Source: Squalus acanthias (lineage: Eukaryota). From it: DNA of 64,000 bases. Of this stretch, positions 63,770 to 64,000 are shown piece after piece. The position numbers and the translations under genes are program-made. The notes below the pieces were generated by a model. That model saw only the letters and a program-made list of their open reading frames with translations. It made no database searches and was not told the DNA's origin. Position 1 is the stretch's first letter, and every line of letters begins with the position of its first letter. The stretch is from the NCBI GenBank assembly GCA_030390025.1, contig CM059425.1, forward strand, positions 262,942,001 through 263,006,000, read 5' to 3'.

Positions 63770-63942
63770 TATTGTGGAGCATTTAAGGGAAAGCTAGATA
63801 AGCACATGAGGGGGGAAAGGAATAGAAGGTTATGTTGACAGGGTTAGATGCAGAGGGGTAGGAGGAGGCTCGTGTGGAGCATAAACACCGGCATAGTCCA
63901 GTTGGGCTGAATGGCCTGTTTCTGTGCTGTAGATTCTATGCA
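63770..63942 (+). mobile_element. CR1 3' tail
   Basis: Homologous to 43920-44090. Confidence 0.8.
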
Positions 63943-64000
63943 ACTATCACTTATGATGATGTAATTACAGGTTCTAGCCATGAGGTGCCATAGTATTGGT

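Overview
Vertebrate genomic DNA, most likely an elasmobranch (shark): it carries HE1 V-SINE, SacSINE1-type DeuSINEs and abundant CR1/L2 LINEs. Two minus-strand host genes lie in the order known from human: FYB1 (ADAP), with three 3' coding exons at 59944-60058, 53278-53440 and 50879-50912, followed by RICTOR, of which only the 98-nt exon 3 is visible (6593-6690). I could not find the last FYB1 exons or RICTOR exons 1-2; they probably lie in the 616-N gap at 47668-48283. The rest is intron filled with LINEs, SINEs, GGG...CCC-ended MITE-like elements, a small hAT MITE, Penelope-like fragments with hammerhead-ribozyme cores and three minisatellites. Best leads: a candidate internal RICTOR promoter with alternative 5' exons (about 2.0-2.8 kb), hammerhead motifs (59.1 kb, 15.0 kb), a CpG-dense 30-bp VNTR near the presumed RICTOR 5' end, a TATA+CCAAT 45-bp array, MITEs carrying CRE sites and a duplicated A>G/T>C-shifted CR1 3' UTR. 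All calls come from reading and recalled homology, not from searches. Repeat boundaries are approximate unless TSDs or TIRs are quoted. No wholly new system can be proven from sequence alone.
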